From Basidiobolus meristosporus CBS 931.73 (taxonomy: Eukaryota; Fungi; Basidiobolomycota), in contig MCFE01000241.1 of NCBI GenBank assembly GCA_002104905.1, forward strand, positions 54,262 through 118,261: a stretch of DNA of 64,000 nucleotides. Direction: 5' to 3'. The position numbers were made by a program, and so were the translations under genes. Under the pieces are notes generated by a model, which was not told where the DNA came from, did no database searches, and saw only the letters and a program-made list of their open reading frames with translations. Position 1 is the first letter of the stretch; each line of letters starts with the position of its first letter. Positions 25,130 to 36,700 of the stretch are shown in pieces.

Positions 25130-28100
25130 TTTTAGCACTCTACATTTATTTTAAGTGGATCCAACCAGCCAGGACATCTAATTGTTGTATATGGCAAGAA
25201 ACTTGACGGTATTTTGATGGCCTTACAGCAAGACTCTGATGGCATTATATTGGCAGTATGAAGGCCTACTGCCGGTTCTGTATATTGCTACCATACCAAT
25301 CTACCAAATGGTACTTCCTTTTTCTACTTCCCCTCGTGCCATTCATATTTTCCACTGTGGAATCACCCCTCTTTATTTGCTTGCCTGCTACTACCTTAAT
25401 TATTCCACATATAGTCCAAATCAAAAAAAACTATGGCCTCCAGCTTACTAACCTCTAAAAACATGCATACCTGCTGCAGTTGACATACTGCTATCACCTC
25501 AACTTTACAGCTTTTAGTATGATACTTGCAAAGTTGCCATAAACCTTGTACTCCTGGTAACACATACATCTTGCAAACATATGCCTTGTTGTGGCCACTG
25601 CTGGCATGAATACCTCCTGAATATCTACAAAGAGCTTCTTGGTATTTAGCCAATAGATTCCTTTTCCCTACTGGCTTCTAGTCCCCCTTATAGGTGCTCA
25701 CTGGCATTTGTTTGTGTGAGTTCTATATTGAGTGGTGTCAAAGTTGGCTTGTGATCAAGAGAAATCTGGCATACCTTGGTAGAGTTTTCCTAATAAGAAT
25801 TAGCTGCATGTTGCACCCAACCCAACTTTGCATTACTTAACTGATTACCCACTGATTGGGGCTGCTTAGCTTCTTAATGCCATAGGCATAGGTGTCCCCA
25901 TGTGCACATTTGTCCTTTGTACTTTCCAACTCCTCCAGGCTTTCCTCCATATGCCAACTCACCACATCCATGATGGACTTGAAGGTAATATTCTAGATGA
26001 GATTGGGATATGGTAGTACCTGCAACTTGACTTGCCTTCCTATCTCCCCACACATCTGCTGTGGTGGTGTATAAGTCCAAGGGAGAGATACGTCCAACAC
26101 TTCTCAAGTGTTTTGTGTGTGGGGTGTTCACTGGGTGCAATAACCTCTGGCAAAAGCTTGCTAGGAATACTTGGGTTCTGTCTCTAATCTAATGTGAAGG
26201 GGAATAAAGCCACAAGCTTGTCAAGGGAAAACTATTGAGCTACAATCCCCAACTTAATTGGCATCTTAACAAAAGTATGTGCTGGGTTTAGCGTCCTTTG
26301 AGATGACAATGTACTAAAGCTTCCAAAGTCAAAACAACTGTAAACTCCACCAGCAGGGACTTGATAAGAATGCAGCTTTAGTCAATAGTTACAAAGACAG
26401 AAAAGTATCTTTGCCTGTACAACAACAAACTTGGGAAAGAATCAAATATAATAAAAGATACCTACTCTGAGTATTCCTCACAAGTAGTGCCTCCAAGGTC
26501 AGTTGGCTGTCAGCGCGGTTTCCTGGGAGTGTCCTGTGGTCTAGGGTTGGAAGTTCAGGTAGCAGCAGGTAGCAGTGATCACACTAATCAACAAGTTGGT
26601 ATATTGATAAAAGGGATGATGATTTATTGTTGAGGGATAGCCTCCCTTATATACTTTTCTCACTGGCTAAGTGATTACTAATCATGGTGTTCCAGAAGGT
26701 TCCGGAGATCAATAGAAATCTTAATGACATCAGAATGACCTAAGAATGTTCTAAGTAGGTGCCGGAAGGTTCTAAGAGGCACAGCACATCCAACCAATCA
26801 GGAATCAGTATTCTGAAACCTGTGTAACATGGGGATACCATATATGGTATGGAAATGGTAGGGATGGTGACACAGGCTGATCATGTGTCACGGGTACTGG
26901 CGCGGGTACTTGCCTAATATAGAAGTACTTATAGCTAGTAATCTTACATAAAGTGAGGGGTAACTTATGCAATAAGGTAAGCAGGTGTGATAGTCAACCG
27001 GCTTATGGGATAGTACTGATTGGGTAAGACAAACGGGATAAAACTAAAATAAGTGTAGTAGTGATATAGGTATGTAGAAAATAAGGGAATGAGCACATCT
27101 GTCAGTGGGTGTCACTGTCACCCCACTACACCGCTCCATAGGAAACTCCCAAAAGATGAAGCAAGGCCCAATATTCTCCACACACCAAGCAAGATGGAGT
27201 AGAGAATGGATACAGTAGCAGCAGAGATCTATGTGCTCAGCTTTATGCTTGTAGTATAGCCGCTCAAATTCCATTACAAACTCGTTGCACAGCAGCTGTA
27301 GATGTGTCAAGTTGGCATTGGTGATCCGCTTCTGGATAAATATTCCTACAATGTTGACATATGACTCCCAATGCTTTCAATGTACTCTTGGTAGGAATGA
27401 CTTCAGAGCACCACTTAAATAAAAACATATCCAGTTCATCCAGTCTTTGAATTTATATTGTCACATATGTGTATGAATATTAATTGGAGCTCATGAGAAG
27501 TACTTAGGGTAGCAGATACTTTGTAATATCTTGCCAATTCTTTCAAATTTCTCTGGTATCTCAAAGAGCTCATTTAGCTTGAAATGCACCATGTACAACT
27601 TGGTCACCAGTATATGGGTTGTGTTGAAAAGCAAGTGCATTGCTCCCAGTGCAAAGCTTTTGCTCCAACAGATACCCTCTAGCTTAAGTATCTCTGGTTT
27701 CCAATTGATTCCATATTCTGGCCAATGACTTATAGCTTGCCAACCTTGCTGCAATTGCATGCTGACTTCTGTACATTCTCTCTGTGGAAAGATGATGTTT
27801 TTGGTGCTGGTGTTTAGGTAATAATAATGAGTGTGAGTTATGGAATAAATCCCCTGGATCTCACACATTTAATAGCAATACCATCCATTGTGCCCAGAAA
27901 AACCTGCTATCTTGCTGATGGCTGGGGTATCTCCAATGCAGATAATAATATGTGCTTTTACATGATGTCCATTTACTGTTATTCCACTTGAAAGCATACA
28001 AAATTCATATAGCAATAGATACAGGTAGCTATCCAGGTTGGACCGTGATTTAGGCCCAGATACCAGTGAGACACCATCAGATTATTGCTCTAATACCATA

Positions 28101-29240
28101 AGATGGGTGGCAGCATCAGATTGATGAGAATCAGTGGCCAGTAGGATTTGCTGGTAGAGTACTTGTTTAATGAGAATCCATGAAGTGCTAAGGCAAAAGC
28201 ATGGTCATACATACCTTAGAAGTAGCCCTTGCTTCTTAGCTGTTTGTAATGTTTGCCATCAAATATATTGGATAGGTTTGTGCTTGATGTATACTGAGTG
28301 CAGTGCTGTATAGCTCTGCAATATTTGATGGACTGCATCAGCTTCCTCAGATGGGGTATGACTGCAATATATCTGGAGTGTGAACAATGATTTCCCTCAA
28401 TGGTGGTGGATTCCTGACAATTTGGACATGTTGCAATGGTAGCATTTTTGGATGTGAATGCCATGCAACTATTAACACATGCTTGAATCAGGACAGTCTC
28501 TGAATTATATGTTGCCAGCCGCATGATGGTAGTCCACTTGTACCATGTACATGGTAAGTTGCATCCTGGTATGATTTGAAATAAAGTAGTAATAAATCCT
28601 CAAAGCCCCCATTACTGATATTAGTGGAAACACACCACTTCTCTAGCCACAACATGACATCATTTACCAGTAGATGGATTACTGGGCTCACTTGGCTCCA
28701 TAAAGTATCCTTGGCATTTGTTTCAACAAGTGTTGTCTTGTTACATATAGGGATTTGACTGGGCTCATTCATGGTACTGTTGTTAGGGGAGATAGGCTCA
28801 AAATCCATCAGTGAACCTTCTTTGTCAGTACTATCACTCTGCATGCCATATTCAGAAGGCTGTGGTGAGCCCAAAGGTGTCACAAACTCACCTGACTCAG
28901 TTTGCAAAAGGTGACAAAGATGGCCATGTGCCAATATAGAAGTATCAACTGGCCAGTAAGATAATGTTGGTACAGTAGTGACCAATGAATGGTCAAATAT
29001 GACTTGTGTGGCAAAACACTGGTTGTGATCCTTGTAATACTTCCTGTGCTCTCTGCATGCTTCATGGCTGAGAGGCTTGCCACAATAGCCACATGGTCTT
29101 TTTCCGCTTCTCTTATGGTATTGAGTCAAAGTAGTCTTGTCTATGGGACAAATATTTTGACCTTGACAACATAATGCTATTATATCACTTTTGGGCAATG
29201 CTCATGTGAACTTAAGACAGTCTTGTATTTGAGACATTGC
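25130..29240 (-). pseudogene. Tnp2/CACTA-family transposase pseudogene (interrupted by solo LTR 26060-27130)
   Basis: CGYCGKPLSHEACREH; ACVNSCMAFT...CPNCQE; SNIFDGKHYKQL; HSLLHLAWCVENIGPCFIFWEFPMER continuing after LTR removal as MCGEIGRQVK..PYPNL. These motifs fit Transposase_21/Tnp2 proteins. Confidence 0.85.
26060..27130 (-). repeat. Solo LTR family D (1071 bp) with 4-bp TSD CTGC/CCGC
   Basis: Reverse complement TGTAGTGGGGTGACAG...CACCACCACA. The empty site (CATCTGCTCCATAGG) is present in the paralogous transposase at ~4334-4350. Confidence 0.9.
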
Positions 29241-29339
29241 ACCTACATGAGTGTAAAATTCAACATTAACCTGCCATTTTAAGCATTATAAATAAAGTTG
29301 TGGCCCTACATATACATGTATATGTAACACTATTTCCCC

Positions 29340-31230
29340 TTTAGTTTTACTCACTTCCATATATATACCGCCAAAAAATAAAGCAAAGTTTTCTGGTTCC
29401 CAACCTAACCCCACTGCTGATGGCTACAGAAGAACAGTTGGACAACAGCTTGCTTTGACATTCAGTGCAACAAGCAGGGCTACATCCAAAGAAGGCCCTG
29501 TGGACAGTGTGCCCATTGAAGGTAATAATGTGGACCCTCAGGCTCTCAGTCAAGTAGGCAATTGAGAACATCTACAGAGCCACAAGCCAACCATTATCCT
29601 CAGGCAAATGAGAATGTAGCAAACACAGTACCCTCAGTTGAAGACCAGCAAGTGGCTGTCATAACATCACTACCACCCATACTAGCAAGTATGTTGTCAG
29701 CTCATACCAAAGCATTAATGCAGCAATTAGGTGCAGTGGCTGATAGGATAGATGCAATGGCCCAGAGAAATCAGGAAGTAGTCCAATAACAGGAGTAGCA
29801 GATAATATGTGTAGAGCAATCAATATACCAGGTAGAGAAAGCAGTATTTTTGCTGCAAAGAAGGAACTGAAGTAGCTGAATTTCATAGCCAAGAATTGAG
29901 CCATATCCCAATGCAACAGCAGAGGAACACTGTGCAGTCTTTGAAGCACAAAGCAGTGCCCAAAGATAAAGCTCACAGAAAAACCTATCACAGTGTGGGA
30001 GGGAGACATTGTGGTTTTTATACCAGAGCCTAAAAATCAGAAGACATTGAAGATCTGTGAAGTTGTTGAGTGCAATAATGCATAGTGGCTAACAATCAAG
30101 AGGCCATCCAAAGTCTAGCACACCATCAACTTAAGGCTGGCATATTATGGGACCATTGGGAGCTCAATGCCAAGCAGAATGCACTTGACTTGTTCCATGA
30201 GCATTATCCTGGATGAAATGGGCAAATGGATTCTAGGCCAGCATTGCTATGCTAAGAAAGCATCTTAAGAATATCAGAAGCTATGAAAGGCAGAAGAACA
30301 AGGGCGCTATGGCTGAAAGCCAGCAGATTCCTCAAGAGCCCATTATAAGCAGTGCCAAAAGCTCCAGACAAGCATTAAAGAGACTTCAGGTAGCTGGAAG
30401 AGTGCCAATTAGGAGCAAGCAGGCAAACATGGATGCCCTAGCGCTACATTTATTAAGGAAAAGGTGTAGTACCACTCAAAAAGCACTTAGTCAAAGTAGC
30501 AGTGAAGGACCTGGCAGTGATAAAAGCCAGCGGCTTTTGCAAGAGCCCATCACAACTAAAGTTGAGAGCTCAAAACAAGCAGAAAAAAATGTCAGGTTGC
30601 CAGAAGAGAGCCAGCAAGGGACAAGCAGGCCCAAACAGATGTGTAAGAGCAGAATTTATCCAGGAGAAAATGTAGTTCTTTACAAGAAGCACTCAGACAA
30701 AGTAGCAGCAAAAGACCTGGCAGTGATAAAGGAAAAGGTAAAGGAAAAATGTCTACCCAAGCCTGAGACAGGGAGGCATGCAAAAAAAAATGCAGTTCTT
30801 GCCAATTTGTGCCACAAGCCCAGAACAGCCAGAATCCCATCATAGCCCAAAAGAATTACCAACAAGAAACTAGCTGTTTTCACAAGTGTTAGAAGCGCAG
30901 CCAGTTGATCTACACTTCAGCAAGGTAGATGAGTTTGCTGAAAAAGGCAATTTGTCTACCACACCCTCCACATCCTCCATTGTTGACAGAGTGGAGATTG
31001 CACTGACAGACAAGGCTACAACACTAAGAGCTTGAAAGACTATCACACTGCCTTCAGTGGAATATGGGAACATTAATAGGCACACCAAGAGGTTGCAGCA
31101 CTTTTTCAAGAGCAGTGCTTAAGAAAACACACTAGAATATTGCAAGGAATTATTGCAAAGACTGGCAGATAAGGTGCTAGACCTTTCAGTGCCAGCCAAA
31201 GACCAGGATGTGTGGGAGCCAGTGAATGAA
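29340..31230 (+). pseudogene. Accessory gene of the CACTA-like element (K/Q/E-rich, internal ~208-bp repeat, possible Cys/His knuckle), decayed
   Basis: ORF fragments 29562-29789 and 30249-30845; internal repeat GTAGCAG..AA.GACCTGGCAGTGATAAA at ~30495 and ~30700; further copies at 2.6-3.5 kb and 5.3-7.3 kb. No family assignment possible by eye. Confidence 0.5.
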
Positions 31231-31779
31231 TAGTGGCATAAAGTCATTTGATTCCTGCCAAAGTTGTGGAACCAGAGCATTCAGCAGAAATACTTCTTGA
31301 GTGGTGGATTTTAATGTAGCTACTTGATGAGTTTGGGGTTGGGTTTAAAGTTAGTGTAGGGTAGAGGGCCTTGCATAGGTCAATACAATTGGCAATTGAG
31401 GTTCAACTGAAGTTTCAACAGCAATAAATCAATTTGTATGCATGAGAAGTAAGAGAAATGGTTGAGTCAGGAGGTAAGGAGTGTGAAAAAGAGGCAATAG
31501 CTAATCAGTGCATACAAATGTAGGAGGCAATAGAGTGTCTGGGATAAGAAAGTGAGCAAATTGGCAGGGAACCAATCAAAAGCCACTTATACATAGTTGT
31601 GATGAAAAATTTTGACTAAGTTTTTTGTGAAATCTGGGGTGCAAATATTTTTTAACAGTCTCTGGACAGTGTCCTGACAGGATCAGTACCTCTTAGTTAT
31701 GGGACTTTAACTTTGTTACAGCCTTTTGATGGGTTCATCTCAATAATTTTTCATAGGGCAATATAAGCTATTGCAGCCA

Positions 31780-32148
31780 AATATAAGTTTTTTATTCATT
31801 AAATGGATGTAAAAACTGAATTTTAAATGGAGCTCTTGATGAGAATGCATTTGTGGACCAGCCTAAAGGGCTTGCTGACCAAGATAGCCCCCATTTGGTC
31901 TGCAACCTTAAAAGTCTCTATATGGACTCAAACAGTCACCAAGGGCCTGTGATTGCAAAATAGATTTATATTTGGAGTCCTTGGGTTTCAAAAGGAGTAA
32001 AGCCAACTATAGTCTATACCATGAGCAAGAGAGGGCAAATCTAGTTCTATTAACTCTATATGTGGAAGATCTTATTATAGCCACCAATAACTTTGAGATG
32101 TTGGAAGAGACTAAATACAGCCTATCTAAAGAGTTCAAGATGTCCAAT
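31780..32148 (+). mobile_element. Copia RT fragment
   Basis: LYGLKQSPRA...LTLYVEDLIIATNNFEMLEETKYSLSKEFKM (YVDD motif decayed to YVED). Confidence 0.85.
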
Positions 32149-32149
32149 C

Positions 32150-32770
32150 AGGAACTTTGTATTGCTAAGAAAAAACACTTGGAAGAATCTTGAGCTGCAA
32201 TGGACTGGACCATCTATAATCATCAAAGAATATCCATTTACAACTTACCAACTAGTAGAGAAGCAAGGTAATATTCAACAAGATTTAGCTCATAGAGACA
32301 GTCTCATGCTTGCAAGATTTATAGACAATCCTCAACCATCAAGATACTGATATTATTAGAGAAATGATTCAGGAGAGCCCTCTCAACTTGAGTATAGAAG
32401 GATGCTTTAATCTGCCACTTGTATTTTAAAGTGGGATTAGTTTCTAGTCAAACCAACTAGTTCTATATTTAGTCTATTAGTATATCAATATTTCTATCAA
32501 ATTAGTAGTATTGGAGTGCAGATGAATCAGCAGATCCTTAACAGATGTTAATATATATAGCAAGGAAAATTTAACTTTGTGATGATGATGCAATTAAATG
32601 AGTCATCAGCCACAACCTGCATTAGCAAATGCAATTAGTCAGCAATAGATCTGGCAAAGTGAATATACAGAGCTGCTGGAACCTCAGTGAAAGTTGGCTC
32701 AAGTTTTAGTCAATAAAATACTTACTAAACTCCCTATTCCTCTACAACCATTATATCAAGACTTGTAACA
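32150..32770 (+). mobile_element. Gypsy integrase C-terminus, PPT region and 3' LTR family A (32403-32770)
   Basis: NFVLLRKNTWKNLELQWTGP...LAHRDSLMLARF..NPQPSRY matches 1450-1653; LTR TGCTTTAATC...CTTGTAACA. Confidence 0.85.
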
Positions 32771-32899
32771 AGTATACAGTAGCAACAGTGGTATAAGAAA
32801 CACCAATGTAGCGGTATGAAAGTGCCAGAAGGCATATGCAGTGGTGGGGCTGGTATACCCCCCAGAAAGAAGTTTACCCATACAACAGTTAGAGTGCAC

Positions 32900-35800
32900 T
32901 TATACATTCTTTATTATATCAGTATCTACATTGAGGTTTGTCTTCTTTGGGGTAGCCACTGACTTACAGTCTTTCATTAGGTGCTTCTTTAGTATATCTT
33001 TGATATACTTGAAATGTCCTAGGGTGATAATCTATGTACTTCTGTCTATGAAGTAGTTCATTCTTAGTTAGTAACTCAGTTTCCCTACAGTGGGCACTTT
33101 GAATTCTTGAGATAGGTAGGATTTAGTCTCTTCCAATGTTGCTAGGTTATTGGCAGCTATAATAAGATCATCTGCATATAGAGCTAATAGAACTGGATTT
33201 GCTCTATCTGGCTTATGGTATACACTATAGTCAGCAGTAGTCCTTTTGAAGCTTGAAGATCCCAAATAAGAATCTATCTTGCAAGTCCAAGCTCTTAGTG
33301 ATTGTTTGAGACCATATAGAGATTTTTTAAGCTTGCACACCAAATGGGACTGTCTTGGTCAGAAGACCCATCAGGCTGGCTCATATACACATCCTTATCA
33401 TGTTCTCAATTCAAAAATGCAGCTTTTACATCCATTTGATGCACAGAAACCTTGTATTTGGCTGTAATTGCCAATATTAATCTAATTGAATTAAACTTGG
33501 CTACTGGTGCAAAGGTCTCAATATAGTCAAGTCCTTTTGTCTGAGAGTATCATTTGGCCACAAGTCTTGTTTTGCATCTTTCAATTGTACCATCAGCCTT
33601 GTATTTTGTCTTGAAGTCCCATTGGCATCAAATTGATTTTTGGTCAACTGGTAATTTGACCAAGTCCCAAGTTTGATTTTGCATTGGTGCCTGATATTCC
33701 TCTGTCACCATAGATCTCCAAAGCCCTGTCTGAGGGCTACTTATGGCCTCCTTTACAGTCTGGAGCTCACCAATATGGACTGAATAGACATAGGCTAAGT
33801 TTGTACCCTTGTTGATATAGTAATTTGGACTATTTTTTGTCTGGGTAGATCTCTGGGCATTTGATAGAGGAATGATCACTTCTGGGATATTCCCAGGCAC
33901 TGATTTAGGCTGAACTACAGTTTTAAAGTCCTCTGGAGTACAAACTCTTCATTCTTTTACTCTAATTCAGTCCTGACTATTGGTGGACCAGAGATCAATT
34001 TTTTGTTGTCTTCTGATGTCATATTATGTCAAAAATTTGAATATTGCTGAAACAAAATTGCCCTAGACTCCATCAGCTTTTTACTTTGTCATGGTATGGT
34101 CTGTATGGCTTTATTTCACCACAGTTACCCAAAAATGCTCATTTGACACTTTTTAGCTCAATTTTGACTGATTTCCAGCAGGTTTTGTGGCATATGCTGT
34201 GTACCCAAGCATTCTGAGATATTCTGCACTAGGTCTGTATCCATAACATGCGTGAAGCAGAGTAGAGTCTCAAAGTATTCTGCTATAACCCCCATTTTTT
34301 AGATATATAGCAGTAACAACTTATTCTGCCCAAAAATCATGGCATAATTTTTGATCATGGATCATAAATGTTGCCATATCAATTATTGATCTGTATGCAC
34401 ATTCTGCCACTCTGTTTTGCAGTGGGGAGTATTGTACAGTGGCCTATTAACTTATGTTATGAATTTTGCTGAAGCAGTTGATATGTTCTGAGGTGTATTG
34501 TCTGCCATGTGCAGTGCATATTTTTTTGATTATTTCACCATTTTCTCTCTCCACTGTGGTTTAAAGCTACAGTTCTTCTGGCATTCCATGAAGTAGACCC
34601 ATGAGTAACTTGTAGAATCATTGATAAAAGAGACCTAATATTCATCCCACCTGAGGATATATCATGCATATGTCTACACAGATATGAGTTGGGTCCATTT
34701 TTTCTTAGTTTTGATTAACCCAGAGCTCTTGAGCAGTTATCTGGCTTGTTTCCCATATATGCAGGCTTCTCAGTGCTCCAAATCAGCTGGGGACTAATTT
34801 TACTCTCAAAATTAGCCAATCTTTGATCATTTTATGCAAGTCAACAAATTCAATGTGTCAAAATATCCAGTGCAAAGGCATTGGTGTTTCTTCATTTGAG
34901 TTGATTATATTGGCTTCCAGATATAGTGAAATAAGTGAGTTTGTACAGATTCTGATATCTGATACCCAAAGCACTACATGCAACATTTTGATCTGTGATC
35001 CTGCATCCAGAGTTGTCAAAACTGAAACTGAGTCCTTCTGTGGTGGCCTTGCTTGCAGATAAAAGGTTCTTGGCTATATCTGGTTAAAAGAGTATTTCTT
35101 TCAAGATAAGTGGGTGACTTCCTTCAATACTTCTGAAGCTCACTTGGATAGTTCCCACTCCAACTGCATCCAGTGTTCTATTATCACCTGTCAAAGTATT
35201 GAGTAAAATATTCTTTTTGGTGTCTAAAGGGTTGAGATGCTCCAGAGTCACAATACCACATCTGAGAATGCTTCTCTGTGGCTTTATTTATTGCCAATGG
35301 GAAGAGACTATGTTCAGTTGTTGCAGCATATCCATATTTAGGCTTTTCTGCCAGTTATTGCTCTTTTTGAGGCACCAGTCTGATGTGTGTCCATTCCTTT
35401 TGCTGTAGTTGCAAAACATATTGCTGTTGCCTTTAAAGGGTCTTGAGTACCTTCTCTGTAGGTTATCAACGCTTATTAAAGCATTTTCTTCTTCCTACTT
35501 ATAGGTACTGGATTTTCTTGACTCTTAGCCCAGGAGCTGTCCATATACATAATATAAGGTCAAATCTTCAGCTCTGGACTCTGGTTCTAATACAAAACCT
35601 TAATACCTGTCTGTCTAGCTATTCAGGAGGGTAACTATTACATTATCATCAGTTGTTGGTACACCCACAGATTCTATCTGATCAACCAACAGGGTAATTT
35701 TGTTAGATTATTCATTTTTCTCCTGGCAGCCTCCTTGTAGTAAATAATTCTCATCTAAGATATACTTTCTTAGCAGCTGATCATGACTTATAGTTGTCTT

Positions 35801-36462
35801 CTAATATCTTCCAGGCATTCTATACTTCTTTTGCTCTTGAGCATTGAATTAGCAATTTGTCTTTAACATTAAGGCATATGCAATTGAAAGCACTTTATCC
35901 TTTCTTCTGGTACAATAAGGCTTCCTTTCCAACATTCTTAGGATGGCATTCTTCCCCCATAACAATATCCCAATGGCCTCTTTCCTGTAGCAGCATCTTC
36001 ATCTTCACCTTCCACCCATGGTAGTTAGATCCATCCAACTTCTCAGCAAAGAGGAAAATTCCGGTAATAGCAGTAGTACACAGTGTAGACAGTGGCAGCT
36101 TGGGGCTCATAGCCTGTTGCAAGAGTCTTGGTGATATTGGAAGTGATTGGGAGAGCAAGTAGATTATGTGGTATTCATTCAATGATTTATTGAATGTAGA
36201 TGTAGTATTTATACTTTTACATGGCCCTGGCATATCAAGCTTGTATGATATGCTTAGAGCAGTCCCATGAGCTTGTGTGAAAAGTTTGGGGCTGTTTGGA
36301 GAATCTTGATAATTTCCATGTTCAGTGTACCAGATATTTTGGTGCAAATATTCCAGTAAGTCCCTAAAAGGAATTAGGCCAGTGTTCTCTAAGATTTGTA
36401 AGTAATGATCCAAGTGACTAAGTTAGATGAATACTTAGGTTGGATAATGAAATTCTACAACA
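32900..36462 (-). mobile_element. Ty1/Copia element, decayed (5' LTR B, gag, PR, IN, RT)
   Basis: LTR end TTGCAACA at 36115 followed by GGCTATGAGCCC; FAEKLDGSNYHGWKVKMKMLLQERGHWDIV; TWDLVKLP; VCKLKKSLYGLKQS; LALYADDLII; KYIKDILKK..MKDCKSVATP. Same family as 21865-24905. Confidence 0.9.
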
Positions 36463-36700
36463 GATGGAAGTGTGTCAATTACAGCAGGTGTGCAGATATG
36501 TAGTGATTACTAAGCAGGAGGCCATAATACTTTTTATTCAAACTATATGTGATATACCCATGGCAGTGGTGGGTAAGCAAATCTATAGGGATGAATCTAC
36601 AGTGGAATATATGAGTGCTTCAAGGGGAGGTAGAAAAAGGGCTAGTTACTCACACTGCCACCCTGTGATCTGTACAATAATATTAGTAATACTACAGTGC
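36462..36700 (+). mobile_element. CACTA-like transposase 3' fragment
   Basis: EVCQLQQVC and GGTAAGCAAA..GA..C.ACAGTGGAA..TATGA.TG...AGGGGA.GTAGAAAAAGG match the reverse complement of 25300-25500. Confidence 0.65.

Larger units (their letters stand above)
24925..31710. mobile_element. CACTA/EnSpm-like DNA transposon (most complete copy) with divergent gene pair and degenerate subterminal inverted repeats
   Basis: Minus-strand Tnp2-type transposase plus a divergent plus-strand accessory gene. 24943-24983 resembles the reverse complement of 31648-31686 (TCAGGA..CTGT..AGAGACTGT.A.AAAA). Exact termini not resolved. Confidence 0.65.
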
